Part shown: piece after piece, positions 37,803-51,822 of the stretch
Position numbering within the stretch: the first letter of the stretch is position 1
Layout: the number at the start of each line of letters is the position of its first letter
Assembly: GCA_021432655.1 (NCBI GenBank)
Contig: MU271400.1
Span: 1 to 64,000 of the forward strand
Reading direction: 5' to 3'
Origin: Atractiella rhizophila
Taxonomy: Eukaryota
DNA length: 64,000 nt
Program-made: the position numbers and the translations under genes
Notes under the pieces: model-generated
What the model saw: the letters and a program-made list of their open reading frames with translations, nothing else
The model's database searches: none
What the model was told of the DNA's origin: nothing

Positions 37803-38961
37803 ATGGGAGCACTTCAGAGAAAAACGGTGTTAATTACTGGATGTTCCGAAGGAGGTCTGGGATTTGAACTTGCGAAAGCTTTTGCGCAGGTAGTTTCAAT
37901 TTCTCTGTTGCTCTACCTACCATTACTGATGTGGGTTTGCAGAGAGGCTCTGTCGTTTTCGCCACCTCTCGAAAGGTTGAAAGCATGGCTGGGCTAGAAG
38001 GTGAAGCTCAGAGATTGACTTTCTGGAAGAGTTTTCTCACAACTATTCTACTTCCAGAGCTGGGATGTCATCTTGAAAGCCTCGATGTCACTTCGCCAGA
38101 GTCGGTCCGCAAAGCAGTAGAAAACATCCTCTCGCATCCTGATTCAAGTGGACGCATTGATGTCCTCATCAACAATTCTGGAGTACTGAAAATCGGTGCC
38201 TTCGTGGAATTCGAGTTTGAAAAGGAATTGCGGAATGTCCTTGAAGTGAATGTAAGAAGTATATCCTTCTCATAAGCTTGATGCTGAAAATATACCCAGT
38301 TAACGGGGACTATGCGCGTCACGCACGAAGTGCTAAACAAGACAATGATGAAGCAAAAAGGTGGTTTGATCATCACCATTGGCTCATTTGTCGCTCAACT
38401 GTAAGCTTCCTCCGATGTCTGTCATTCGCCTAAGCGAACTGGACTAGACCTCAAGTTTGGAGCTCGCCTTATTCTGCGGCGAAGGCAGGCGTGCACGCTT
38501 GGAGTGTGGCGTTGAGAGAAGAGCTGAGACCATTTGGCATCGACGTCCTTTATGTGAATTCTGGTGGTATAAGATCGAATATGGGCAAGAAAATGCTTAG
38601 TGAAGCCATAATCAAAGACGGTTAGCACTTTCTCATTCCTTAAAGTAACAATTCTGACGTTAGTTCGTGGGAACCAGGCTCACCTTTCGCAGCCGCTGTT
38701 CTCTCACAAATCGAAGCAAGCGAGTCAATAGCGAAGAACAAAGCGACACCACCTGAGGATTACGCCAACAAAGTCGTCAATGCTACTTTCTCGTCGGCTG
38801 GAGAGTTAAAGAAGGGATCGAAGGTCAACAGAAGCCTCAACATTGGTCTTGGTGCTTCCATTGTTGATTTTGCTACTAGTTGGTTCAGCTTATCCTTTTT
38901 GATGAGCCTCTTGGCCAAGCAGGCGGGAGTACCGAAGGTTGACACAAATAAACTGCACTAA
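37803..38961 (+). CDS. Short-chain dehydrogenase/reductase (Ayr1-like)
   Basis: VLITGCSEGGLG, LDVT, DVLINNSG, YSAAK catalytic motif, LREELRPFGIDV. TATAAAA at about 37703. Confidence 0.9.
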
Positions 38962-39430
38962 TATCCATCGAAGGCAGAGATAACGTATTAGTAATTATAC
39001 GATACCATTCATCCAACAACTCAGATCATGCGAGCTTAGGGGTGTCTAATATAGATGCCGTATGCTGTTACGAAACCAAAGACTAAGGAAATATCTGCGA
39101 AAATATTTAGAACTTGTTGGAACCTGGTTTTGATTTGGGCATTCTAATTTGCTTTGAACAGATGGACATTGAAGCATGATGGTGAGGCTATGAACTATGA
39201 TAAGGTATAGTTAGCTTTGGAAAGATAAAAAGGTTTGAGTAGGGTGTGTCACTACGGCGGGATGTGCCCTGATATCGTGAGGAAGTGTTAAAAACTAATG
39301 AAAGAATCTCCATCAGCATTGATTCTTGGGCCTATAACTACCCCTATAACCTCTCCTCATTCTTGTTCTAACAACGTATTTCTTGTCTTGGAACGGCTGT
39401 ACGAGCGAAAACCGCTTCAGCTCTCGTCCC

Positions 39431-41155
39431 CTAAGCAACAAGGAGACAGCTTACGAGAAAGGGGGCAAACCAACCGATGTCTAGATTTTTGAAATCCAAG
39501 CAGTGGTCGTCAAGAATCCGATAGAAGTTCAGAGTTTCGTCCCAGTTACCAAGTGTGCCGTCTGTGTTTGCAGGATGCTCGTCCGGTTTCTCAGGTGCAT
39601 CAGGGGCAGCGTCAGATGCGTTGTCAGAGGTATTGTCTGCATGTCCATCTGCACTTTCTGCCTCCGTCCCATCTGATTCCACTGGGGTTCCATGGGTGGT
39701 CACAGGCGACTACTGCCTTTTAGTTCCATTTCGAAGCAAAAGGAAGAGAACTTACCTTAGCCAGAATTTCGGCGGGTGAAGGGACCAACTGAGCGAGCCG
39801 GATCGCTTTGTTGAAGGAACGTGTTTCCCAGTCCATCAGAGCTGAAGTTATGTCGTCCCACGCTTGAAGAGCGGGGTAACGTTTATCGAGAAAAACTGGG
39901 AGGACGGAGCCGTCAATGAAATCCGCGTTCTCGAAGACACTCGACCTAAGGGTCATCACAGTGTTGGAAACCTTCATATGGGATCTGGGAGCCTTACTGA
40001 GAGGGAGGGGTGGAAGTGTATGCGATTGATAATTGTGTTCCGTACTTCAATAGACTGGTTCGAAGGCGATGGAACTCTGCCAACAGCTCGTTTGGGTTGA
40101 TCAACTCTGACGATGCCTGCTCAACACCGATCGAAATGCTCTTGACGATATAAGGAGCCTGTTCCAGACGACAAGTTTAATATTGACTTTCAGCGACGAA
40201 AACAGTTGACCACGAACCTTAGGATTGTCCTGAATGGTATTAAACACTTCCTCTAATGAGTCCTGCCACAGATCTCCAGCAGACTCGAACCAAAGGAAAG
40301 CGTACACCCCCATCGATGCATCAACGGCAGCGTCGACAATGCTATCCCAGTAACTATCACGTTCATAGAGGCATCAGTACTGCTGACGACAGGAATCATG
40401 AGTGGGCTCACCCAGTCTGATCGCAACGCCCGTAGACGCGAATATATCGACCATAAAACTGTTCTCGCATATACAGGAACTCTTTCGCCACTGACAGCAA
40501 CCATTGTTCCGTTAGACAAGCTCCTTGGGAATACCACAGGGATGTAGACTTACACTCTGCCTTTGGGAGACACCTAGAGACATCGTAGCTGAATCCCATA
40601 AACGCATATTCCTCTCGGTCGTGGCACCACCAGTTCTCCGTCAAGTTCGCTCCGGGTATGAAGTCCGGAATAGCTTGTGGTTTTAGTGGGAAACAGTTGG
40701 GGAAAAAATCGGGGGGAGAAGGTGCCATGGCGACAGGCTCTTGAGCGGGAGGAACAGACGAGTTGGAATTTATCGCAGAAGTCGAAGGCACTGAGGCGAC
40801 GAAAGCGTTGAGCTTCTGTTCTGGATTCGTAGGGCAGGAACGATCATGGAGACAATCGAGAGGGCTGGAATTTTCCATCGCGCTGTCTTAGGTCTGAATA
40901 ACTACTAGGGAGATGAACGTACGATGTGCGAGGAGAAGAAGACCCATTCGTCCACCGTGACACCTGAGCCAACGCAACTTGCTCTCCTCCTGGAACTGCT
41001 CGACGAGGTCGACTGCTCCATCCTCCCAAGCTGTGTTCCCCTGGTCCAGCTTCGAATCTCGCAGAGTTCATGATGAAGCTTTCTTCTCTTTTGAACGAGG
41101 ACAACCTCACAAGTGTCGCTGTCAGAGTTAAAAGGAAGGTGAAGATGACTTTCAT
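39431..41155 (-). CDS. Secreted glycoside-hydrolase-superfamily (TIM-barrel-like) protein
   Basis: Signal-like MKVIFTFLLTLTATLV; NWWC...EYAFMGFSYDVSRC, GRYIRVYGRCD, MGVYAFLWF, LAVGEFHRLR, ADFIDGSVLP, IGWFA. GH family is uncertain. Confidence 0.6.
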
Positions 41156-42077
41156 GGCGTATTCGAAAGGAAGGAAGTGACCACTTGCGCGGCAAGCAGT
41201 CACTCGAGGATCACTGAACGTTGACCGCTGAGCGCAGAATCTGGATAACACTATTCCTGAACAATGAACAAACCACAACTTGAAAGTAGACAATGGTGTC
41301 TGCAGCTAGGAAGTTTGCTCCAGCCCTGACCCGCTGATCCACGGAAAACAGATACTGCCTTTATAAGGCGAGCAGTGATGAGGCTATGAGACTGGGTCGT
41401 GAGACATCTTACGGCTCACAATCTCACCACTTTGGCCAACTCCAGTGGATCCCTGAGCCCTGCGTCGATCAAAATAAGCGGATTCAATTGCCGTCGGACG
41501 AGCCGAAAATTGAGCGAGAACCAGAATTGTGGGCTCTCTCAGAGAGGACATATTCATGATCATGATCATGATCCTTGATCTCTGCTCCCTGTCCACTGTC
41601 AGGCAACCCTGAATTCTCGGCGCTCAGCGCTCAGCGCTCAGCGGTGACAGGTTCAGCTATAATAACTGGACCGAGGACAAGACCCCATCATTCCTCCTTA
41701 TTTCAACAAGCATGGGACGAGCCCAAAAGCAGATCCACTCTGACGAGGAATAGATATGATTAGAAATACATTCCAACAAAGTAGGTTCAAATTGTGGACA
41801 TCCGATAGACATCATACTGATAATCTCGCGAAATAATGACAAGAAAGGATAAATTGAGTCAAGGTTGGTCAAGGAAAGGGTTCTGTAACAAGAATCGATG
41901 AAAGGAACAACTTGACGGAGGCAGGGAACTTGAAGCTCAGAACAAGGCTACCGTCCTGATCAAAATCGGACAAAGCATTAAGAAGGTAGATTCACGTCAA
42001 GGTCTCAAGAGGTTGTGTAATAAAACAGTACAATGAGAAGGAGCACTGAATAGAGGGAAGAAAGGAAATGAACGAAG

Positions 42078-43457
42078 TCAAAATTGATATGATTCTTGTG
42101 GCGCTGTTCTCGGTTTAAGGCCATGGAAGGCTGCGACTGTCGACTGAGACTGAGACGCCACATCCTGACCTTCAGCAGCAGCAACGTCTAACCAATTCGG
42201 CTCTCCTGTGGACAGAGGAGCATCAACCCATCCAGCCGTAGCTCCATCTCTCAACCACTGCTCGATATCGAAATACTGCCCATTGCTCTCCATTATCCCA
42301 TTCCCCAACAACGCTGCTCCCCGTACCACCACTTCGGACCCACCCATTCCCAGAGCCGCCATACAAGTCGGACACGTGCCACATTGTTCAGGACAGAGGG
42401 AGAGGGCAGTTTCTGATGGCGGTTGACTTGAACCCATGCTACAGTTGCCGCAGATACAAGCTCCGAAGAACTGGCAGATCATGTTCTGAAGGTTAAGGCT
42501 GGGGTCCGGGACGCCAAAGGGAGTGGCAAGGGCGGGTGGCGCTTCGACTGGAGTGTTGAGAGGTGTCAGAGTGGTGGGAAACTCGAATGGATGGACGTTC
42601 GTATTGAGTGGCGGCATGGGGATGGGTACGCCGTAGAGATTCGAGGGAGGAGAAGGAAGGGCTGGGTGTGAGTGCGCAGGGATGAGCATGTTCGGTATCT
42701 CGTACGGGGTGTAGGCGTGATGAGAATGATGGGAAACTCTCCTTGTACCGTGGTGGGAGAGTTCGTGGGTTTGTTCTTGCGACGGAGGGAGGTCGAACAG
42801 GTTGTCAGAAGAGGTAGCAGAGGCATCTGAAGCGTGATTTGGAACGGGAGGGTTGGCTGCATTCTGCATGAACCATTCCAACAGTTTCGAAGTCTCCTCG
42901 TCTAGGTGAGAGAGGTCTGGATTAATAGCGAGACTGTCCGGCTTTGGTTTGGTCGGGGAGGACTGAGCGTGCCCATCTTGGTGCACGAGTCCAACACAGG
43001 TACAGTCCTTTCCGAACTTGCATTGACACGTCTTGCAACCGCTTTCCGAGGGGGACACGAGGTCTTTGATACCGTGAGGAAGGTCAGGGATTCTGTTTTG
43101 TCCATCTATCCCAAGCCATCAGAAAACGCAGATCTAAGAGAGAAGCAACGGACCTTGGTTCACTTTTCCTTCGCAATCACATCGCACGTGAACTGACTTT
43201 GTTTTGCGCAGATCACGACAATGCTGGCACTGCCGGTATATTAGAAAGGGGCAAGCGAAAGACAGTCAAGCGGACCTGGGTTGGAGGTCTGCCTTTCTTC
43301 TTCACTTCAAACAACGGCCTGTCACTGTGTTTGCACGTCGTAGCTCTATGACCCTGAAATAGAAGCAAGAACTGGTAAGAGCACTAATTGTTTGAGACGA
43401 GAGCAGGCGCACCTTGATGCATGATTGACAGGCGAACTTCTTTTCTCCGACCAACAT
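42078..43457 (-). CDS. Copper-fist DNA-binding transcription factor (Ace1/Mac1/Cuf1/Haa1 family)
   Basis: Spliced MLVGEKKFACQSCIK/GHRATTCKHSDRPLFEVKKKGRPPTQ/CQHCRDLRKTKSVHVRCDC. Cys-rich CKTCQCKFGKDCTC, CQFFGACICGNC and CPEQCGTCPTC. Confidence 0.92.
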
Positions 43458-44292
43458 CTTTGGCGGTCGAATCCGATTTGGAATGAGAAATTGAGAGAAA
43501 TGAGGGGAACTGATTGAGAAATATTTGACACTTGAGAAACAACGAATTGCGCTATTCTTTATGGGTTGTCTTGGGATTGATTGTTAGGTTTTGGTTTAAA
43601 CAGGGATAGCGGCAGATGATGAACAGAGTAGGTTGGATGGATAGATGATGAAGGCTAAGCGAGACGAGATTTCGGGAAGAACGAGAAAGGATTCGGGAGG
43701 AGGCGAAAGAAGGGTAGGACAGAGCGTTCTGTTCGAATTGAGGCGATTTCAAAGGAGTTTGAAGAGGAAAGACCCAATTTTTCGCGAAAAATGAAACACA
43801 CCAAAACTTGATGATACCTCGTCCTGAATTTGAGAGAGAAGGATGGAGAATTGATTTGCCTCTTAACAGGAATCCCTTCGTTGAATTCTCGAACTCAACG
43901 ACGGCTGGCCGCCGAGGAGCCTGGGTTATTGCTTTAAAGCGAAGCGTTCTAAAACATCACGAAATATGAGCGTTCTTTTTCCAAAAACAAACAGAAGTGC
44001 CAGGAAATGCTCACCGAAGCGGTTTATGCGCACTATCATGGGAAACCTATGCCTGGGAGAATTGGGATGGGTTGGGGGGAATAGCTGCTGTTGTGACGGT
44101 CGATCGGGTGAAAGGCAGGGCGAGCGAGGATTTAAAAAGGAAGCGGAGCCGATGGGGGTGGTGGGGAACACCTTCTCAGCAAATGCATCCAAGCTTGAGC
44201 AAACAGCCGACCACCCATAGCCAGCCATGATTAGTGGTTGTGCTATAAGCATCCAGTCTAGCCTACTACAGCCCTAGAGAGCGGAAGACAGC

Positions 44293-44329
44293 GGAAGGGG
44301 ATTATGAGGAAGGGGATTATGAGGAAGGG
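44293..44329. repeat. Short tandem repeat, about 2.5 x 15 bp (ggaaggggattatga), upstream of the copper-fist gene
   Basis: Directly visible in the sequence. Confidence 0.8.
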
Positions 44330-45585
44330 TTCTTTTTTGATAACTTGTGCCTAACGGCAAATCTGGGAAAGAAAGTGCGTATATAAGCAAGCAATGATTT
44401 TCATGATTGTGAATGGTTCCATCAGACTTCAATGGATCACGGTCGCAAGTGACTTGAAGCGACTTCAATCGTTAAAGCAGTGAACAGACTGCCCACGACT
44501 AGTAGTATATTTGGCGAGATGCTAATCGCGATTATACCTTACCTTCAGGTGCAAGTTATAGTGTGCCGTTCATTTTGTGCATTGAACTCTCATGTTGGCG
44601 AATGAGCAAAATGAATGGAGTGATTCTATGATAATTGTCTATTTATAATATAATGAACAGTCAAGGATTTGAGGCAAAACGGCATGATCTCTCACTCGTC
44701 GAAAATCCTGCCTAAAAAGAACACTGTCGTAGTAGAATCCACCTACTATTTTCTAGCCTATTTGAACGCAACTCATAATACGAGTTGCGCAACCCTATCC
44801 TTGAGACAGGCGAGGGTAATGAGGAAGTCTGGTGCAACGGGATTATATCAAAGGTCCCTCTAAGCTCGATAGATGTTGTGCTATGCGATTTCTTCTACGT
44901 TCTGACAAAGCTTCCTTGCCTTGGTGGAATGTCGTTGGCTAGAGTGGAGTTTCCATGTGTTATCCAAATGTGGGAATACTGCAGATTTTGGATTTTCCTG
45001 CTTCGGGGATGAGGAACGCCGTCAAGTGGATCATCCAGCACCCTTAAAGATTTTTTCGGTCCTTATTGTCAGAGTGGAGCTCTCCAGACCGTCATGTCTC
45101 AGGAAACAAGGAGCCGGTACCTTTGAAAACGCAATAAATCGTGGACCGGGAACGGACACTTCCCCCTCCAACCTACAGCTCCTCCTCCTACGTCTCTTCC
45201 CGTCAGCAGCACTATTTTCGTCCTGTCCTCCTCCTCTGTGTGGTTTTCCTCACTCTCTTCCCCACAGAAAGCGAAGCTAGCAGCTCGCCAAGTCTGTATT
45301 GTGACTAAAAGTGGGACCCACGAAAGTCTCCGTCCCCTCCATCTCATCCTCATCTTGCAACTTTCGAGTGTTTGGGCTCCTCTCACACACCAACGTCCGG
45401 TTGATGCAGTTCCCCCTTCCCGAGCTATCTGTGTGGAGAGATGAGATGGAGATATTCTTGAACAGTGTCATTACCGGACCATGATAGTATAAAATCGCGT
45501 CGAAATGCTTGCTTTCTTCCCTCAGTGAGCTCCAAGCTTTCCATTCGCTCAGAGATACTCCAAAAGTCCTTCTGATCCTACAAAC

Positions 45586-46629
45586 ATGCTTTCTTCCCTC
45601 GTCCTGTCTGCGGTTGCGCTGTTCGCTCTCGTCAAAGCGACGCCTCTTCCTGGACTGGGAGAACTCCCAGAATCGAAGGAAATGCACGAGTTTATAGCGA
45701 GACAAGGGTGCTCCCGCTACTGTATGTCCAGAGGTTTTCTTAATCGGTTGTTAAGAAGTGGAACGATCAATAGTGTTGATCAATACTCGAGGAACGACTG
45801 AAGTTCAAGGACCCAGCGCTGGTTTCGTGACGATGTCGGCGAATGTCCGTGCTGGTGCGTTGTAGCTCCTTTCTTTGAGACAGAACGTTCATGACTCTCT
45901 CCTGGGACTAGCTGTCAGTGGTGGAAGGGAGTATGATACTGTCTACCCTGCCGGATGGGATCAAAATTCTGCTCAAGCGACCACCAACATTCTGGCGCAA
46001 ATCAACACCGGGGCTTCACTTTGTCCTGACCAGGTATATGTGCTCCTGGGCTACTCCCAAGGTTCGTTCCTCAGTACCAATACCGCTTAAAAAATCGTTG
46101 ACGATTCCTCCAGGTGCTGCCGCTACTTACAACGCGCTTCAACAACTCTCGGCTAGTTCCACGGCAGGCAAAAAAGTGGCTGCTGTCTTTGTGATTGGCA
46201 ATCCCGAAAGGAGGCCAGGATTCAACGCCGATGTCGATAACACTGGAGGTGAGTCTTGAACAGGAGGCGTGTTTACAGGATCTGACCGTGTCTCAGGCAG
46301 CTTGACGGACGCTTGCTTCGGAATTGAGTCCTCCATCACTGCAGGGCTGCCTCGAGCTTGGGATAGTACAGGCAAGATTGCTTTCCTACCGATTTCTACT
46401 CGTATTGATTCCTTGGTTCGCAGGCAAAGTTTTGGATGTCTGTTATCCAGGTAGGAATTGATTGATATACGATGATGTTCAATAGCACCTAACAAAGAAT
46501 TGTGCAGGTGACGGCGTTTGTTGTGGTCTCGCCATCACAGCTCAGCATCTGCTCTATCCGTCGGACCCCTCTACGCAGGCACTTGGAACCAGCTTTATCA
46601 CTCAAAAGCTCAAGGCTGCTGGTTTGTAA
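45586..46629 (+). CDS. Cutinase / carbohydrate esterase family 5
   Basis: Signal peptide; INTRGTTE, TVYPA, CPDQVYVLLGYSQGA nucleophile motif, IGNP, LDVCYPGDGVC...AQHLLY. Confidence 0.93.
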
Positions 46630-47351
46630 CGGCTCTCGCGTTGAAGCGTTGGAAAACTAAACGGCGATCACAAATATAACAAATTTGATGCGAAAAGGAA
46701 TCAGTTGTGCCAAGAGCCATTCAATGTCGGTCTGTGACTGTCATATATGGCGATTTTGATGTTATTACAAATTACAAGAAACTTTGACCAAACTATGCAA
46801 TTCGGGTGTTGTTGTTTCGAAGAGAGAAGCTCGTCGTTCCTAAAACCTAAGTAGATCATCGGCTCTGCTTTCCATTTGTCGAATCTGAAAAAATCTGCCC
46901 ATTTCAAATTTCAAATTCTCAAGAAACATATGCCCTTTGTATTTCCTCATAAACTGTCTTTGCCGGTCCTTTTGGAATATGTCCAACTTAGGGATATGTC
47001 AATGCTCAGCAATTGGTCGACCCAACAAAGTGCTGTGTAAAACGATAGATTTCGAAACATCTGCAACTACAGCCCTTTGCAAAAGTAGTTTTGAACCCAA
47101 CGGAAAAGACACATTGATAAAACATGAAATGAAGCGCTAATCATGTGAAGGGGGTGACACTCAATATGAGTGGTTATATTAATCTCTACTGCAGAGTAAA
47201 TAAACAAGAACGAGCGGCGCTCCTCAGCCTGGCTCGAAGAGAGCTGCACCCGTCAACGACAGAACGACAGGGTATCTCGAACACAAGGAACCAGGTATCT
47301 TCTACTCCTCTCTTCCTTCCTCTCCTTCTCTGGTCCCAAAACGGAGCAGTA

Positions 47352-49480
47352 TTATGACCGCCAAGGACTCCACCTCCTCTCCCTCTTCAAACCCGCATCC
47401 GCCCCCCCTTCCACCAGTCTGAGCGCCGTCGCCTCTTCAGTCAACTCCCAGTTTCCATCCCAGACGACATTGATCCGATCCTTCTTCTCATTCACATACG
47501 TGAACGTCGCCTCCCTCTCGTCGAGGATATCAATATGTTCTAGATAATACGACACTTTCTGATTCTCATCGTCGAATTTCGCCATCTCCATGTCGTACGT
47601 CTCCGATTTTGGATCCGGTCGTCCAGCAGAGTATTCGGGGATGCCTTTCCGCCAAGGGTAGACCAGACGCCATGCCCATTCCCACGTCCATTCCTTTACA
47701 CCGACCAAAATATGATAAACAAAAGTGGTGTGAGAGAGAAGTGAGAGGGACATACGACATTATCCCAATCCCGTCTCGGCACCGGCTTCTCATAAAACAC
47801 GATCGCATATCCCATCACGACCAAAGTCTTACCCTCGTCGAACACCCACCTCCTAAACATATTATCGCCTCCCAAGAACCAAGCGGCCTTTCCAAGCAAG
47901 ATGTTTTGTTGGAGAGCGCTTTCGATCGGATGGCCCCAGGGCATGAGACCGATCCACATCCATGCTGCGAGGTGGTGCATGGAGAGGAAGGGCATGCCGG
48001 ATTGGAAGATACCTTGTCCGCCTCCTTTCACATCAAATTCTATACCTCGAATTAGACCAGATGGAACGGAGAGGACAGGGAGCAGGAAGACGGACGGTGC
48101 ATCCCCAATTCTTCGGTTAGCGCATCCTCTCGCGATTTTCCGATTGCTAGAGCAGCACAGGAGGAGATCATCTGGTCCCCTCCAAACGCATCTCCGAACT
48201 TGGACAGACATTCATCGTCTATCGGAAGAATCGAAAGTTAGCAACGTGGTGGTAAAGGACGAGCGGGACTGACACTTCAAGTACATGGTATCCATGAGAG
48301 CCTTGCTGAGTATCATGCCAGCACCTCCATACGCCATCTTTCCAAAGAGTTCGATCTGGTTCGTCGCTTCAGTCGATCCTCCGACTGTTCACACCCACCA
48401 ACGAAGAAACAGCATTGAGTATTCCGTGTTCAGATGAGAGGAAAAAGAAGACGCACTGAAACGTTTTTCAGAGGAGCTGTATTTGGATAGCATGCGTCGA
48501 AGGGTGCGGATATCCGTCCAGAAGGTGTCATCGTCGCCCATGATGTACCATTTGATATCTGCCCCATTTTCCTTCACGATGTTAGAAGCGTAATGGCGCA
48601 TGTGTCTGATGGTCGCCAGTACTCTGGTCTCGTACCGTTTCTGCGGCTCTCAATCAACCTCCCATGCTCGAAAAGAGATGATGGGCGAATGAAAACGCAC
48701 GATGGCAGGTTCGACCATGACCTTGCACCTCACATCCCTCTCCACCCTCAAGAAGTCTTCCACCTCCGTCCTATTCTTCTCACTCTCTCCCAGCGGGAGC
48801 ACGACCAAACACTTCGGTCTTCCGTCACCTTCTCCTTCCACAGTTCCTACTTCCCTAAACCTAGGTCTCAAGAAGAACTCCCACAGACTACTCATCTCCT
48901 TCGCCCTCTCCGCAGTCGTCACGAAATTGAAAAGCATTTCTTCCGGCTTCGGAGCCTCCGTTGGAAGCTCCGGGAGGAGAGGTGTGGCCGGTATAAGGTG
49001 TGAGGGGGTGGTACGAAGGAAGGGGAACACACTAGAGAACAGGGGTTGAGCTGGACCTTCCGCCTTGGTCGAGGTCGGAGGTGTCGGGGACCATGCCCAT
49101 CCTTCGCCTCCCACGCCCGAACCGCGTGGAAAGAGACGTTGGCCGAACCAGCCTCCCAGCTCTCCCACACCCGCGTCTTCCATCCTCCTCTCCTCCGTCC
49201 TCGCCACCAGCCTAACGGTCGGATACTTCAGTCCTTCGATCGTGCGAGCCGCATCTTCCCCAAAGTAGGTCTTAAGGTAGCGGGTGGAGAAGTGGTGGAT
49301 TGCATTCGGGGGGAGGAGGGTGAAGAGGGTAAATGGGAAGAGGAGGAAGGAGAGGAGGAGGAGGGGGATGAATGTTTTTCGACGGAGGAGGAGCGCGAGA
49401 AGTCGTTGGTATAGCGACGGCGCGTAGAGTGGATTCGAGTTCCCTTCGAACCGTTTGGGAGGGAATGACCAGGGAGACAT
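47352..49480 (-). CDS. Glycosyltransferase family 31 (Fringe-like), type II membrane protein; start approximate
   Basis: N-terminal TM anchor, MLFNFVTT.ERA, KWYIMGDDDTFW (DDD motif), GSTEA...FGKMAYGGAGMILS, FLSMHH. Confidence 0.85.
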
Positions 49481-50577
49481 CTGTCCATCCAAACGTCCAA
49501 TTCGTGAGACACAAAATCGATTCGCCATTGCGCAACCATTCCTCTCAGAAAAAGTGAACACGCACCTTCGACCTTGCAGACGACCTATAAAAGTGAGAGA
49601 AAGATACAGACAGCACCACACCGTCTGGATATAAAAGCGAAATAAGAAAATGTGAAAGAAGAAGGACAGAAAGCGGGTCGTCGATGAGGACAAAAGAAAG
49701 TGAGTCCTGCGTGGACGATAAGAAATGAATGATCGACGGCCCGAATGTCTGTTCAACTGTCCGCCAAAAACTCCGTGCGTTGTACATCCTCCGCTTCTTT
49801 ATTCCTCTTCATCTTTCCTTTGGTGGACTTCTTCCAGGCTGGTTTGGTCGATTTGGTCGTGCAAAGGACGGAAGAAAGACTAGGAGGATCCAAAGGAACA
49901 GCTCTTTATAAAGATGAACCCGGGGGATCTGGAATTGGTGACGCCTCCGGTGCGAGTTTGCGCCACGCCTCTTGTCCACCTTAGTCCTTGTGTTTCTTTC
50001 CAATATTCTGCTGCAGAAGTGCCTTGATGGGCCGAAGGGCGGGCAGAAAACTTGGAGAACTTGTCAACCAATTGGTACTGAGAAGGCGACCAGTGGGCCA
50101 AAATTGTCTTCTCACAGGAAGGCTGTTTTAACCTCTCAATCATCCAAAAATACATGACCCCGATTACCCTCACTGTGTTGGCTGAGAGATACATGTATTT
50201 GCTTCATTCGGTTCAGGGAGAAAGTTCGGAACTTGAAAGTGTAGTTTCAATCAACAGGTCTCTTGCGTACACTCTTGCGCTGCTGATACCAATGTCACGG
50301 TGCTATAGTGATATATATTTGAAGTGGGACGGATGGTCTGATGGAAATAATTCCGAAGGAAATTGATGGCCAGGGAGGTGTAGCGTAGTTTTCAAGTTGG
50401 CGAAGAGCTGCGCGACCTTGTTCGCCGCAAAAAGCTCTGTAACTAATTCCGACGAGTACAAAAAGTCCCATTTCAATAGTTGATATATTTCACAAGTCAT
50501 GTATTCCACAAACCATCCGAATTTGGAGGCAAGCAGGAGAGAGATATCATTCCTGGCAGGGGCAGAAATACTTAAAT

Positions 50578-51566
50578 TCAAAGGACACCGTTCTTCCAAG
50601 CGATAACTCTACAGACGAAACATTTTTCTCGTCCCATCAAATCCTTCTCAGCCTTTCTGAAAGACTTCTCACCGCTAAGCGCTCTTTGACAACCCGAGCA
50701 CACAATCTTCTCATCGGTGTCTGGCGAGGGATCCAAGATCTCGAGAGGCAAGAGCGCGTGTGCTCGAAACTTATCGCTGAAATCATTTCGTCCCTTCAAT
50801 CCAGGACTGAGGTAGCGAGCAGTCTGGTCGAAAAGGTTTTGGACGGTTGCCTCGTCGAGGTAAGATGCTGCTTTGAAGTCGTGGTAGATCTTGGCGATTT
50901 TGAGCGCGTCCTCAGCCGCGTATTTGAGGTATTTCGTGCTCAGAGGTCGCACCATCCATTGTTCATGCTTGAATTTGGTATATTCTGTATCTAGACATTG
51001 TGATTATCGTGGTGAGCGCCGCAAAATGGTCAATACGTGTAAAAGCATTACGTACTGGACAAATAAGGAAAAAGCTGGTGGTGTGTTTCCTTCAAGCCAC
51101 GCAAAGCATGAATCTGCCCAAACATCTCTCTGTCCTTTAATGCTCTCGACAAAGTCGTATATCGTTTCCGGACGAGTCTGTCAACCCGCTTGTCCCACCC
51201 TTCCACCTTTGAACGCTGAAGCACGTCCGCGAGTTGAAGGTCGAGGCATCCCTCCATCTTGACGCCGTAAGAGTTCCATAGCTCACTTTGATCCATCCGT
51301 CCGTCCCACAGAACCTTGGTCACTTTCTTGTCTCGAAGCAGCTTGAATATTGGCTCCAACGCAGCAGGGGCGACGGAGACCGCGTCGATTAGGTAGACGA
51401 CGGACTCTGAGGAAAGGGAGTAACATGACATGATCGAAAGCATCCCTTTGAGATCGCCAAGATCTAACCCCTCTGCGTCGAAGGCGACAATTGGATCATC
51501 CCCAGATCCAAGACTTTGTGCTGCTGATTGGATGAACGCTTCGTTGTCACAAAGAAAATGATTCAT
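50578..51566 (-). CDS. DEDDy 3'-5' exonuclease (EXD1-like) with C-terminal CxxC...CxxC
   Basis: ExoI VAFDAEG, ExoII WDGRMD, DLQLA, ExoIII W.VRPL...YAAED; CSGC...CFVC. Confidence 0.85.
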
Positions 51567-51822
51567 GGTGGTTTAGAAGAAAGTTGGGGGAAATGACTTA
51601 GCCCCATGACGGGATTGGGAACGACACAAACGACGTATCCATGACCGATGCTTTCTGCCGCGCGGGAAGAATGTCCGACCTGGGGCTCCAAAATGTGCCT
51701 ACTGTTCATGCTTGCTGATAGAGGGATGACTAAACAACCTCTTCGTTTTCATACATTTCCTAACTCCTAACATCGGTGCCACCTATGATTCACAACTTCT
51801 AAGGGAGAACTACCATCCCGTT

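Noticed and set aside
41620..41643. (cgctcag) x3 repeat and a nearby TTTGCTC (about 41314) as copper-response elements
   Set aside because: Short motifs lying downstream of the copper-fist gene; no support beyond chance.
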